A stretch of 64,000 nt of DNA. Origin: an uncultured Prevotella sp. (GTDB lineage: Bacteria; Bacteroidota; Bacteroidia; Bacteroidales; Bacteroidaceae). Shown here piece by piece: positions 1 to 9,575 of this stretch; the stretch's first letter is position 1, and each line of letters opens with the position of its first letter. Below the pieces are notes generated by a model. The model saw only the letters and a program-made list of their open reading frames with translations, ran no database searches and was not told the origin of the DNA. Where the stretch lies: NCBI GenBank assembly GCA_900314195.1, contig OMUH01000021.1, positions 457 to 64,456 on the forward strand, given 5' to 3'. The position numbers and the translations under genes are program-made.

Positions 1-1
1 C

Positions 2-298
2 AGCGCTAATCTGCGTGCATGGCTTATAGCAGGGATGATTGATTATTTCACGCCGAAGTTTTACGGAGGCGGTAAGAAAGCTGAGAAATATCTGTCTATG
101 GCGACATCCCTTCCGGAACAGAAAATTGTTAATCCTTATCTTCCTTCGTGGGGAAAAGAAATGGCATATATATTATTGATTCAATATTATTTGGACAACA
201 AACAGACAGAGAAAGCACGGAAAGTTTATTCAGAAGCGGTTCAATCATATCCAGAAAGTAATGAAATATCCAAATTTAAAGATACTCTTTCCATGTAG
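2..298 (+). CDS. TPR-like helical protein, 3' part (open at window start)
   Basis: Frame open from base 2 (SANLRAWLIAGMIDYFTPKFYGGGKKAEKYL...PSWGKEMAY); helical TPR-like ending (ARKVYSEAVQSYPES); overlaps the next gene. Confidence 0.65.
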   Translation, partial: SANLRAWLIAGMIDYFTPKFYGGGKKAEKYLSMATSLPEQKIVNPYLPSWGKEMAYILLIQYYLDNKQTEKARKVYSEAVQSYPESNEISKFKDTLSM

Positions 299-2409
299 TC
301 TTTTTCTTTGCGTCATGCCAGTCATGGGCCAGAGACAGATAGCAGGCACGGTGATGGCCGGCAATGAACCGGCCTTTGCAGCTAATGTTTATATGTTGAA
401 TGACCGCAGCAACGGTACTACTGTCGGCATGGACGGACATTTTGCCATCTCTGTCAGTGACAATGATGTTACTGACACTCTCGTTGTCAGTTATGTCAGT
501 TATCACCCATACCGTAAGGCTGTTCAAGACATACATTCATTGTTGAATGTATGTCTTGAAGAAGAAAACAATCTATTGAAATCGGTTGTTATCTCAGCAG
601 CCTCGCCGCTGTCAGAGGAGTTCGCTTTGGCCAAATTAAGCTGATATATATATGTATCCATCTTCATGTGCTGATCCGCTGAAGGCCATAAAGATTCTGC
701 CATACAGCACAAACACCGGTGAGAGCGCAAATCCTGAGCTCAGAGGCAGTGACGCAGGACTCAGCAGAGTGGTGCTAAATGAAGTTCCTATATTGAATCC
801 TGTACGTAATGAGCAGTTGAACAATTTAGGCATGTTCAGTCTTTTCAATACTGAGCTGATAAAGGAACAGACAGTTTATCCGGGTAATCCTCCTCTTGAA
901 TATGGTGATGCCGTGGCTGGATTAGTAAACATAAGAACTATTGACCAAGTACCGGAAAACAGTAAAGTTAATGTTAGCCTTTCACTTGCCAGTGCCGGCG
1001 TGATGTATCAGCAGCCATTAAATAGCAATACTTTCGTGCAGGCTTATATGAATTATCAGTTTTCTGATCTCTACAAAAAAATAAACAGCCTGTCCGCACG
1101 CGACATTCATAACTTCTATTCCGTTGATTTTGGGGCAAATTTTCACAGTCAGATCGGTCCTAAATGGTTCTTCAATGAATATGCTTATGTTATAGATGAA
1201 ATGTATTTCAGCGATTACGGCGAATACAACTATTTCGGACGGCAAAAATCGCATAAGACGCGAAATTTCTATGTTACCAATTTGGAATACCATAACGGCC
1301 CTCTGGCGCTGTCTTTTAACGATGGTGTGGATTACGCCTTTACCCGATATAATTACGGGAGCATTGACGAGAAAAATCACAGCTTCAGGCTATTCAATTC
1401 AGTGTTCGCCAAATACAACATGAGTAAAATATATATCAAGGGCGGGATAGATGATCAGTTTTCAAGATATTCATATAACGGCTTTTATCCGGATGTTATA
1501 GCGGCGGATCTACCGTACGCCGGCAATGCCCATTTTCGTGAACAGCGTGAACATCAGCATTCCTTGGAGGCATTTCTTTACACAAAAATAAATTTGGAGA
1601 AGATAAAAATAGGTGCCGGCGTTCGTAAAAATATGCCGTTTCGCAGTCAGCCTGATTTCCTGTCATGGCAAGCTACCGTTCGATATAATCCAGTTAGAAA
1701 ACAATCTCTTATATTTTCAACGGGACGCTACAACGGCTATTCCGTTCCGGAATACGCCATGCGGGAAATGTCACATATCTCTTCTAAACAGATTAGCCTC
1801 GACTGGCTGACGCACATAAACAAGGCTTCACTGACGTTTTCAGGGTATTTAAAAGAAGAAAAAACTCCGCAGTTTCTTTTCAAAGACAATATTTCCAAGT
1901 ATTTCGTAACAGATATAAAAGGATTGGAAACATCGGCGGAACTTCCTTTGAAACATTTCAATTTCAGATTTTCTGCCACAATGCTCGACGTGAAATACAA
2001 AGACGAAGAAAACGACGAGAAATATCGCGGTACAAACGACATGAAATACATATTAAAATGCTCAATAGACTATCTGAATGACAGACTGTTCAATGCATCC
2101 ATATCTTTTACTCAGCGTCCTGGCCTGTTTTACACTCCGCTTACGGGCGCGAGCTCTTATGGTGACAAATATTGGCCGCTTTACGGCGAATACAACAGCG
2201 CTCAGTATCGTTCTTATTCATCACTGGATTTTAGCGTCAACCGCTTCTTTCAGCTTTCGAAATTCGGAGTTGTTGTCTTTGCCTCAATGACAAATATCCT
2301 TAACAGGAAGAATGAGAATTATTACTATTACGATTTAACGTATAAAGACAGAAAGACAAAATATTTCCAGCGAATGGTTTCTTATTTAGGATTTATGATA
2401 GAACTATAA
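261..2409 (+). pseudogene. TonB-dependent receptor (CarboxypepD_reg-like N-domain, plug, barrel) split by a frameshift near 640
   Basis: ORF 261-644 has a signal peptide and NGTTVGMDGHF/LVVSYVSY N-domain. The plug (DIYMYPSSCADPLKAI...NPELRGS...YPGNPPLEYGDAVAGLVNI) continues in another frame from 643 to 2409 and ends in a beta-strand (YLGFMIEL). Confidence 0.75.
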
Positions 2410-2499
2410 CCGGCTGGTGGCTGTTCAGATTCCATGTTTTTATGCTCCTACCGACCGACGCCGTGATACGCAGAGAATATTTTAGAATACAAACAGTAA

Positions 2500-2757
2500 A
2501 GGAAAAACTTTTACAACTTCATTTTCAAAACTTCGAGAAAACAGAGCTTCTTGTCAGCTGGTCGTGTGGGATGGCATTCTCGTATAACTTTAAATGCGTT
2601 GATAATCATGGAGTTGTAATTTATTTACAAATAAAATACGTTCAGAATAGACTTTTATGTAAATAAAACGGAAAAATAAAGCTATTGTTTAGGGGACGTA
2701 AAGCAATGCTTTGGAAAATTATCTCACAGCAACAGAAATTTATCTCATTGCTTTGCG
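2500..2757. repeat. Dispersed intergenic repeat family A, copy 1
   Basis: 2709-2754 matches the reverse complement of 56440-56485 at 45/46 nt; weaker similarity extends over ~250 bp; internal ~22-bp periodicity. Confidence 0.8.
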
Positions 2758-2930
2758 CAGACTAAACCATAAAATTATGAGCATTTTATGGTTTTATGCA
2801 CGATTTATGCAAAAGCGATAAAATCTCAATGATTGAATATAAATATTTCTGAGGCTGATTTTTAGTTAATATTCTTTAATTTCTTTGGAATAAATTTTAC
2901 AAAAGCGCTTTCTGCAAGGACAGCCACGAG

Positions 2931-3068
2931 GCTCGCCCTCTGCACGTGGACAAATATCCGGCAGACACATTATGTGCTTTTATTGTGCTTGCAGCCCCGG
3001 AGAGGGTTGTCTTAAGGATAATCCCAGGTCTAAGGGAAGCGCAGCAATCGCAGATAAGGGAACGGAAT
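2931..3068 (+). repeat. REP-like palindromic intergenic repeat family B, copy 1
   Basis: Shares ordered blocks CTGCACGTGGAC, CAGCCC..AGGG, AAGCGCAGC and CGCAGAT..GGGAACGGA with 55971-56103. Confidence 0.7.
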
Positions 3069-3225
3069 GGACAATTTCCCGCTGAAAAAAATGCCAAGGT
3101 GCTTTTATTATTTCAGAGCCGTGAATAAAAACGTAAATTCAGCGCAAATCGTATGCATAAGTGAACGACATAGAATAATCATAGAATAATCAATGACAAA
3201 ATTTCAGTACTTCACGGAAAATTCC

Positions 3226-3233
3226 TATTTTTG
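3226..3233 (+). promoter_or_regulatory. Bacteroidota -7 promoter element for the PKS cluster
   Basis: TATTTTTG fits TAnnTTTG and lies 24 nt upstream of the ATG at 3258. Confidence 0.55.
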
Positions 3234-3257
3234 CAGAAAACAGAAAAGTTTTGTTAA

Positions 3258-4481
3258 ATGCGGCACAGAGTAGTAATAACAGGCACAGGCATATGGTCAT
3301 GTATCGGCACGGATGCAGACACCGTGGCAGAGTCTCTTCATGCGGGGCGGTCGGGCATCGGCATTATCCGCGAGCGTGCAGACTATGGCTATCAGTCGTC
3401 GCTGTCGGGCATTGTGCCTGACGCCGTACTGACCAAGAACGACCTCAGCCGCCATGTGCGTGCCGGAATGTCTGAAGAAGCGCGCTATGCCTTTATGGCT
3501 TCGCGTCAGGCATTGGCTCAGGCTGCCATTGACGATGACTACCTGCTGCATAACGAGGTGGGCTGCATCTTCGGCAATGACTCCACGGCGAATGCTGTTG
3601 TTGAGGCTTCGCGTGTTATGGACGAGAAACGCGACAGTGCCATGCTCGGCTACGGCAGCGTGTTCCGCACTATGAACTCAACGGTGTCGATGAACCTTTC
3701 GACAATATTCCACATCCGTGGCATCAGCCTCACTGTCAGCGCGGCGTGTGCCAGCGGCAGCCACTCCATAGGCCTTGCCGCCATGCTGATCAGAGAGGGT
3801 ATGCAGCAGACGGTGCTCGTTGGCGGGGCACAGGAGACAGGCCTGCATGCCATGTACACCTTTGATGCCCTGGGCGCGTTTTCAAAGCGCATGGATGCGC
3901 CGCAGAAGGCCAGCCGCCCATTTGACCGCGACCGCGACGGCCTTGTGCCCAGCGGCGGCGCAGCCGCTCTGGTGCTTGAAGATTATGAGCATGCGCGCCG
4001 CCGCGGCGCGCATATCCTTGCCGAGGTGGCTGGCTATGGCTTTTCGGCCAACGGCGGCGGAATATCGGCGGCGGCAGGCAACGGCAGTGCTGAGGCCATG
4101 ACACGCGCCATGAAAGATGCCGGGATAACGCCCGACGACGTTGACTATATAAACGCCCATGCCACATCTACGCCGCAGGGCGATGCTGCCGAGGCAGAAG
4201 CCTTGCATGAGCTTTTTGACGGCAGCCACGCCGTTATCAGCTCAACGAAGTCGATGACCGGCCATGAATGCTGGATGGCCGGTGCCAGCGAGGCCGTTTA
4301 TTCCGTCATCATGATGCAGCGCGGTTTTGCTGCGCCGAACATCAACTTCGAGAACCCCGACGACAGCTCCATGGGACTGAATATAACTCCAGTGGCAGTA
4401 GATATGCCGGTAGGCTGCGTGCTAAGCAATTCATTCGGCTTCGGCGGTACTAACTCCGCCTTGGTGCTGAGAAAAATGTGA
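3258..4481 (+). CDS. Beta-ketoacyl-ACP synthase (FabB/FabF-like, aryl-polyene cluster type)
   Basis: Catalytic motifs SAACASG, HATST, TGHECWMAG, SNSFGFGGTN. Confidence 0.93.
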   Translation: MRHRVVITGTGIWSCIGTDADTVAESLHAGRSGIGIIRERADYGYQSSLSGIVPDAVLTKNDLSRHVRAGMSEEARYAFMASRQALAQAAIDDDYLLHNEVGCIFGNDSTANAVVEASRVMDEKRDSAMLGYGSVFRTMNSTVSMNLSTIFHIRGISLTVSAACASGSHSIGLAAMLIREGMQQTVLVGGAQETGLHAMYTFDALGAFSKRMDAPQKASRPFDRDRDGLVPSGGAAALVLEDYEHARRRGAHILAEVAGYGFSANGGGISAAAGNGSAEAMTRAMKDAGITPDDVDYINAHATSTPQGDAAEAEALHELFDGSHAVISSTKSMTGHECWMAGASEAVYSVIMMQRGFAAPNINFENPDDSSMGLNITPVAVDMPVGCVLSNSFGFGGTNSALVLRKM

Positions 4482-4702
4482 AAAGATACCTTTTTTATAA
4501 CTAAAAATATTATCAGCTAATGAAAAAAAATCTGTTAGTGCTTAATGATTGTCTGCCTTTGAAGCGTATGTCATTGTTGTCAACAGAAGTAAGGACGGCC
4601 TCGTTTTTCGTCGTCAACGGCAGCTTTGTTAGAACAATGAAGCAGGCATGAAGAGAGAGGAAAGAAAGATAACGTGTTGCAGATTTATAAAAACAAGATT
4701 AT

Positions 4703-5821
4703 ATGCATCTGTCAGAATCATTGAGAAAACGATATACGCAGGATGACAATATCTCTGCGCGCGAGGCTCAGCGCGCTGCTGAGTTCATAGCCTGGGGGCC
4801 GGCGGTGTTTCAGACCGCGCGGCTGATGTTGAAATACGGCATTCTTGAGATGCTGCGCAACAGCGACGGCGGCATGACACGCCGTGACATCGTCAGCCGC
4901 ACTGCGCTGTCAGACTATGCCGTGAAATGCCTGCTGGAGGCATCGCTGAGCATAGGCCTTGTACTTGTTGACGACAAGACAGACCGTTTCACGCTGTCAA
5001 AGACCGGATGGTTCCTGATTAACGACCCGGCCGTAAGGGTCAACATCGATTTCAACAACGACGTAAACTACGAAGGGTGGTTTCATCTTGATGAGTCATT
5101 CAAGGAAGGCCGTCCTGCCGGTCTCCGTCATTTCGGGCCGTGGCCGACGTTGTATGCGGGTCTGTCAAAGCTGCCGCCGCGTGTGCTGGAAAGCTGGCTT
5201 GCCTTTGACCACTTCTACAGTGATTCGGCCTTCGACGATGCCCTGCGCATAGTGTTTGAAGGCCGGCGGGTCAGAACGCTGTATGACGTAGGCGGCAACA
5301 CCGGCAAGTGGGCGCTGAGATGTGTCGGCCATGATGATGCCGTGAAGGTCGTCGTGCTCGACCTGCCGCAGCAGATAGAGATGATGCGGCAGAACATTTC
5401 AGGCAAGCAGGGAGCCGGGCGCATCAGCGGCTATGGCATAGACCTGCTCGACAGCGGCAGCCGTTTCCCGGAGAGTGACAGCGGCGAGGTTGATGCTATA
5501 TGGATGAGCCAGTTCCTCGACTGCTTCAGTATGCCGCAGATAACAGACATACTGAAGAAAGCACGCAGCGTGATGTCGGCAGATACGCGCCTGTTTATAA
5601 TGGAAACACTTTGGGACCGGCAGAAATATGAGCCGGCCGCGCTCTGCCTGACACTGACAAGCCTTTACTTCACGGCAATGGCAAACGGCAACTCCAAGAT
5701 GTATAACACTGAAGACATTGAGGCGTGCATCAGTGATGCCGGACTTGAGATAGAGAAGATTTACGATCACCTTGGTCAGGGACATTCCATCCTCGTCTGC
5801 AAGGCAGTAGAGAATGTCTGA
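4703..5821 (+). CDS. SAM-dependent O-methyltransferase (Methyltransf_2-like)
   Basis: LYDVGGNTG SAM motif, VLDLPQ, WMSQFLDCFS; N-terminal dimerisation/HTH-like region. Confidence 0.88.
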   Translation: MHLSESLRKRYTQDDNISAREAQRAAEFIAWGPAVFQTARLMLKYGILEMLRNSDGGMTRRDIVSRTALSDYAVKCLLEASLSIGLVLVDDKTDRFTLSKTGWFLINDPAVRVNIDFNNDVNYEGWFHLDESFKEGRPAGLRHFGPWPTLYAGLSKLPPRVLESWLAFDHFYSDSAFDDALRIVFEGRRVRTLYDVGGNTGKWALRCVGHDDAVKVVVLDLPQQIEMMRQNISGKQGAGRISGYGIDLLDSGSRFPESDSGEVDAIWMSQFLDCFSMPQITDILKKARSVMSADTRLFIMETLWDRQKYEPAALCLTLTSLYFTAMANGNSKMYNTEDIEACISDAGLEIEKIYDHLGQGHSILVCKAVENV

Positions 5822-5881
5822 CGCAGGTTGACATGAACGAAATAAATATCATTTATAAAAACAGGAAAAAATAGATTTTAT

Positions 5882-6124
5882 ATGACGCGGAAAGAAATAG
5901 AACGCAAGGTGAAAGCCTTTCTCATTGACGACTTTGAGATAGACGCTGACAAGATAAAGGGCAGCGCGAAGCTGAAAGACGACCTTGGCATAGACAGCCT
6001 TGACATTGTTGATATCGTGGTCATTGTTGAGCGTGATTTCGGCTTCAAGATAAAGCCCGACGAGATAAAGATGCTTTCCACGCTTGATGATTTTTGTGAT
6101 TACATAGAAAAGAAAACACTCTGA
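5882..6124 (+). CDS. Acyl carrier protein 1
   Basis: 80 aa, acidic, LGIDSLDIV phosphopantetheine motif. Confidence 0.93.
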   Translation: MTRKEIERKVKAFLIDDFEIDADKIKGSAKLKDDLGIDSLDIVDIVVIVERDFGFKIKPDEIKMLSTLDDFCDYIEKKTL

Positions 6125-6147
6125 CAGGAGGCCTGACAGAAGAGAGT

Positions 6148-7032
6148 ATGTCTGACAATAAGAAGAAATGGGCCGGCGACACCTTCGGCACGCCGTTCAT
6201 GCACAAATGCCTTATAGCAGCCCTGCGCCACACTGACGTCAGGGTGTTCTATGTGTTCTCGGCCGTTTTCATCGTTCCGTGGTGTCTGGTGTTCTCTGCC
6301 GGCAGCCGTATCATATACCGTTATCTGCGGGGCGTCCACGGCTTCTCCGTGTGGCGCTCGCTGTGGCTGACGCTTGTCAACTACGTGCTGTTCTCGCAGG
6401 TGGTGATAGACAAGTTCGCGCTCTTCGCCGGCCGGCGTATGCGCATCAGTATAGAAGGCTATGACAACTTTCTCAGTCTGTCGGCGCGTGCCGGAGGCTT
6501 CGTTATGCTCAGTGCCCACATAGGCTGTTATGAGATGGCCGGCTATGAGCTGTGCTCGCAGGACAAGCCTTTCAACGCTCTTGTATATGCCGGGGAGAAA
6601 GAAGCTGTCATGAAAGGCCGCGACAAGCTTTTTACGGAAAACAACATAAAGATGATTCCGGTAAGAGACGACATGAGCCATCTCTTCGGCATCAACAGTG
6701 CTCTACAGCGCGGAGAGATAGTAAGCATACCGGCCGACAGAGTGTTCGGATCGCCGAAGGTGGTTACGGTGCAGCTCCTCGGGCGCAGCGTGCAGTTGCC
6801 TGCCGGACCGTTCAGCGTGCCGGCCATGCGCGGCGACAGCGTGCTTGCCGTCAACGTGATGAAAACGGGCGTGAGGGAATATACTGCTTATGTCACGCCG
6901 CTGGATTATGACCGGAAAGCGCCGCGCCGGCAGCAGATACAGCAGATTGCCGACGGCTATGCACGTGAGCTCGGGCGGATGCTGAAACGCTATCCGGCAC
7001 AGTGGTATAACTATTTTGATTTCTGGAAATGA
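6148..7032 (+). CDS. Lipid A acyltransferase-like (LPLAT/LpxL family) acyltransferase
   Basis: LSAHIGCYE (HxxxxE), IPADR and YPAQWYNYFDFW C-terminus. Confidence 0.85.
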   Translation: MSDNKKKWAGDTFGTPFMHKCLIAALRHTDVRVFYVFSAVFIVPWCLVFSAGSRIIYRYLRGVHGFSVWRSLWLTLVNYVLFSQVVIDKFALFAGRRMRISIEGYDNFLSLSARAGGFVMLSAHIGCYEMAGYELCSQDKPFNALVYAGEKEAVMKGRDKLFTENNIKMIPVRDDMSHLFGINSALQRGEIVSIPADRVFGSPKVVTVQLLGRSVQLPAGPFSVPAMRGDSVLAVNVMKTGVREYTAYVTPLDYDRKAPRRQQIQQIADGYARELGRMLKRYPAQWYNYFDFWK

Positions 7033-7490
7033 ACATTGACTACTGCCATCCCGACGAGGCTTTCCTCAGAACGATTGACGTGCATGAGCTGCTGCCGCAG
7101 CAGGAGCCGTTCGTGTTCATAAGTGCGCTGACGGCGCTCGGCCGTTCGCATGTTGTCACCGAGACCGCCGTCGGCAGCCGTTGCAGGCTAGTCAGCAACG
7201 GCATGATGACCACGGCAGGCATGATAGAGATGATGGCTCAGACATGTGCGGCAAGGGTCGGCTATATAAACAAGTTCATACTGAAGCGCGGCGTCGTGCC
7301 CGGACTGCTCGCCGCTGTCCGCGGCATGTCGGTTTCCGGGCATCCCCGCATAGGGCAGACGGCAGTAACGTCAGTGGTCATTGAGGCGTCGGCCTTCGGC
7401 ATGACGTCGGCACGGGCTGAGATAAGCGCCGGCGGAGAGACTATGGCCGTGGCGGAAATACGGCTTGCCGATGCTCCCGCAGCAATATGA
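7029..7490 (+). CDS. Hot-dog-fold 3-hydroxyacyl-ACP dehydratase-like protein (ApeP-like)
   Basis: ELLPQQEPFVFI and IEMMAQTCAA motifs; overlaps the upstream stop codon. Confidence 0.8.
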   Translation: MNIDYCHPDEAFLRTIDVHELLPQQEPFVFISALTALGRSHVVTETAVGSRCRLVSNGMMTTAGMIEMMAQTCAARVGYINKFILKRGVVPGLLAAVRGMSVSGHPRIGQTAVTSVVIEASAFGMTSARAEISAGGETMAVAEIRLADAPAAI

Positions 7491-7521
7491 GCAAAAGATA
7501 CTGAGACAGAAGAATATTGAA

Positions 7522-9240
7522 ATGGTGTATGTAGCATCACATAATATGATAACCCCGCTCGGCATGAACGGCAGCGACACCCTCAGTGCCGTTCGTGCCG
7601 GCAGAACGGGCTTGCGTGTCTGGCGCGGGCGTTACGGTCTGCCAGACCCATTCTGTGCCTCGCTGTTCAGCGATGCGCAGAATGCGGCCCTATGCCAACA
7701 CGGTCTTACGCGCATGGAGTCGCTGGCCGTGGCGTCAGTGCGGCGTGCCGTGGCTGAGGCTGGCGTTGACGTCAGCGGCTCTGACACCATCTTCGTGCTG
7801 AGCACTACAAAGGGCGATGCCGACATGCTGCTTCCCGGCGGCAGAGACGGCGCGTGCCGGGCCGTCACGCCTGCCGGCAGCGCACAGGTTATATGCCGCG
7901 AGACAGGCATAACAACGCGTCCTGTTGTCGTTGACAATGCTTGCGTCTCCGGTCTGTCGGCTGTTATTCTCGCCGCCCGCCTGCTCGAGCTTGGCTTTTA
8001 CAGGCAGGCTGTGGTGTGTGGCGCAGAGGTGCAGGGACGGTTCATCATCTCCGGTTTCCAGTCATTAAAAGCCATGTCGGCAGAGCCGTGCCGTCCGTTC
8101 GACATCAACCGCAACGGAATGAATGCCGGCGAGGCTGCTGCCGCCATGGTGCTCGTGAGCGGCGCTGGGGCTGCCGCCGGCAGCTGGCGCATAGCCGCCG
8201 GTGCCGTGCGCAATGACGCGTGGCACATCAGTGCGCCGTCGCGGCAGGGCGTGGGAGCACGTATGGCCCTTGAGGCTGTCTGCGGCCGCTTGCCACATGA
8301 TGAGATAGCGTTCATCAGTGCCCACGGCACGGCAACGCTGTTCAACGACCAGATGGAAGCGGTGGCGATAGAACGAGCCGGACTTGCCGGAGTGCCGGTG
8401 ACGTGTGTGAAGGGCAACTTCGGACATACCATGGGTGCCTGCGGAGTCATGGAGACATGTCTGTCAATGCTTGCTGCCGACTGCGGAGTGGTGCTGCCCG
8501 TGAAGGGCTTTGAAGAGCCCGGCGTGTCGGGGCATATCAGTGTGTCGGCGGAGGAACGCAGGGCCGGCGGCAGCACGTTCGTGAAAATGCTGTCGGGCTT
8601 CGGCGGCTGCAATGCTGCCCTTCTGGTGACAAAAGAGAATATTGCCGGTGACTGCGTTTCAGGCGTGGCTGACGTCAGGGTGACTCATAACGTTCGTATA
8701 ACTGCTGACAGCGTGACCGTTGACGGGCATCATGTCGAAACGCGTTCAGCCGGCAGGGATATGCTCACAGAGCTGTATAAAAGAAACGGCAACGGCGCTC
8801 CGCGCTTCTTCCGTATGGACCTGCTGTGCCGCCTCGGCGTTGTGGCTTCCGACTTGCTACTGGAGGCGGAGCGCGGGCAGCAGGACAGCAATGCCGGCGG
8901 TGAAACAGCGGACAGGGCTGTGGTGCTCATAGGCAGCAAGGGCTCGCTGCATGCCGACATGGCGTATGCTGAGACCATTGCCGGCGATGACTTCTATCCG
9001 AGCCCCGAGAAGTTTGTATATACTCTTCCCAACATCGTCACGGGGGAGATAGCCATACGCAACAAATACCACGGTGAGACGGAATATTACATGCTGCCGT
9101 GCCGTGATGCTGCTCTGGAGCGCCGGCTCATGATTGCCTCCTTTGCCGATGACAACACAGAAAGCGTCATAGGCGGGTGGATAGACTGCGAGAGTGACAG
9201 TGTCTTTGAGTGTGATATCAGCATCATTGAGCGTATATGA
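7522..9240 (+). CDS. Fused ketosynthase + chain-length-factor-like domain (KS-CLF 1)
   Basis: KS motifs DNACVSG, HGTAT, FGHTMGA, SGFGGCN followed in frame by a CLF-like domain (RFFRMDLLCRLG...PSPEKFVYTLPNIVTGEIAIR). Start placed at MVYVAS. Confidence 0.85.
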   Translation: MVYVASHNMITPLGMNGSDTLSAVRAGRTGLRVWRGRYGLPDPFCASLFSDAQNAALCQHGLTRMESLAVASVRRAVAEAGVDVSGSDTIFVLSTTKGDADMLLPGGRDGACRAVTPAGSAQVICRETGITTRPVVVDNACVSGLSAVILAARLLELGFYRQAVVCGAEVQGRFIISGFQSLKAMSAEPCRPFDINRNGMNAGEAAAAMVLVSGAGAAAGSWRIAAGAVRNDAWHISAPSRQGVGARMALEAVCGRLPHDEIAFISAHGTATLFNDQMEAVAIERAGLAGVPVTCVKGNFGHTMGACGVMETCLSMLAADCGVVLPVKGFEEPGVSGHISVSAEERRAGGSTFVKMLSGFGGCNAALLVTKENIAGDCVSGVADVRVTHNVRITADSVTVDGHHVETRSAGRDMLTELYKRNGNGAPRFFRMDLLCRLGVVASDLLLEAERGQQDSNAGGETADRAVVLIGSKGSLHADMAYAETIAGDDFYPSPEKFVYTLPNIVTGEIAIRNKYHGETEYYMLPCRDAALERRLMIASFADDNTESVIGGWIDCESDSVFECDISIIERI

Positions 9241-9305
9241 ACGATGCTTTTATTTGGCTTTTTGTATCATTATATATATTATAAAACTTTCAGATTTAAG
9301 AACGT

Positions 9306-9575
9306 ATGAATGATAATATTGATGAATTGTGTGCGGAGCTGAAGAATGAGATTATCAAGGCTCTTAATCTTGAAGATATGAGCGCTGACGACATTGACAG
9401 CGACGCGGCTTTGTTCGGCGAGGGCCTCGGCCTTGATTCCATTGATGCTCTTGAGCTTATCGTACTTCTTGAAAAGAAATACGGCATCAGGCTTGCGAAC
9501 GCGTCTGACGGGAAAGCAATTTTCAAGAGCGTGCGCACCATGGCCGAGTATGTTCAGAAAAACCGTAAGAAATGA
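9306..9575 (+). CDS. Acyl carrier protein 2 (aryl-polyene type)
   Basis: LFGEGLGLDSIDALEL motif. Confidence 0.93.
   Translation: MNDNIDELCAELKNEIIKALNLEDMSADDIDSDAALFGEGLGLDSIDALELIVLLEKKYGIRLANASDGKAIFKSVRTMAEYVQKNRKK

Noticed and set aside
644-653. (AT)5 tract as a phase-variation switch for the TonB receptor
   Set aside because: The TGA stop at 642-644 precedes the tract, so slippage within it cannot restore the frame; the tract simply encodes D-I-Y-M.
4520-4651. 43-codon ORF between the KS and methyltransferase genes
   Set aside because: No recognisable motif; cannot be distinguished from chance.
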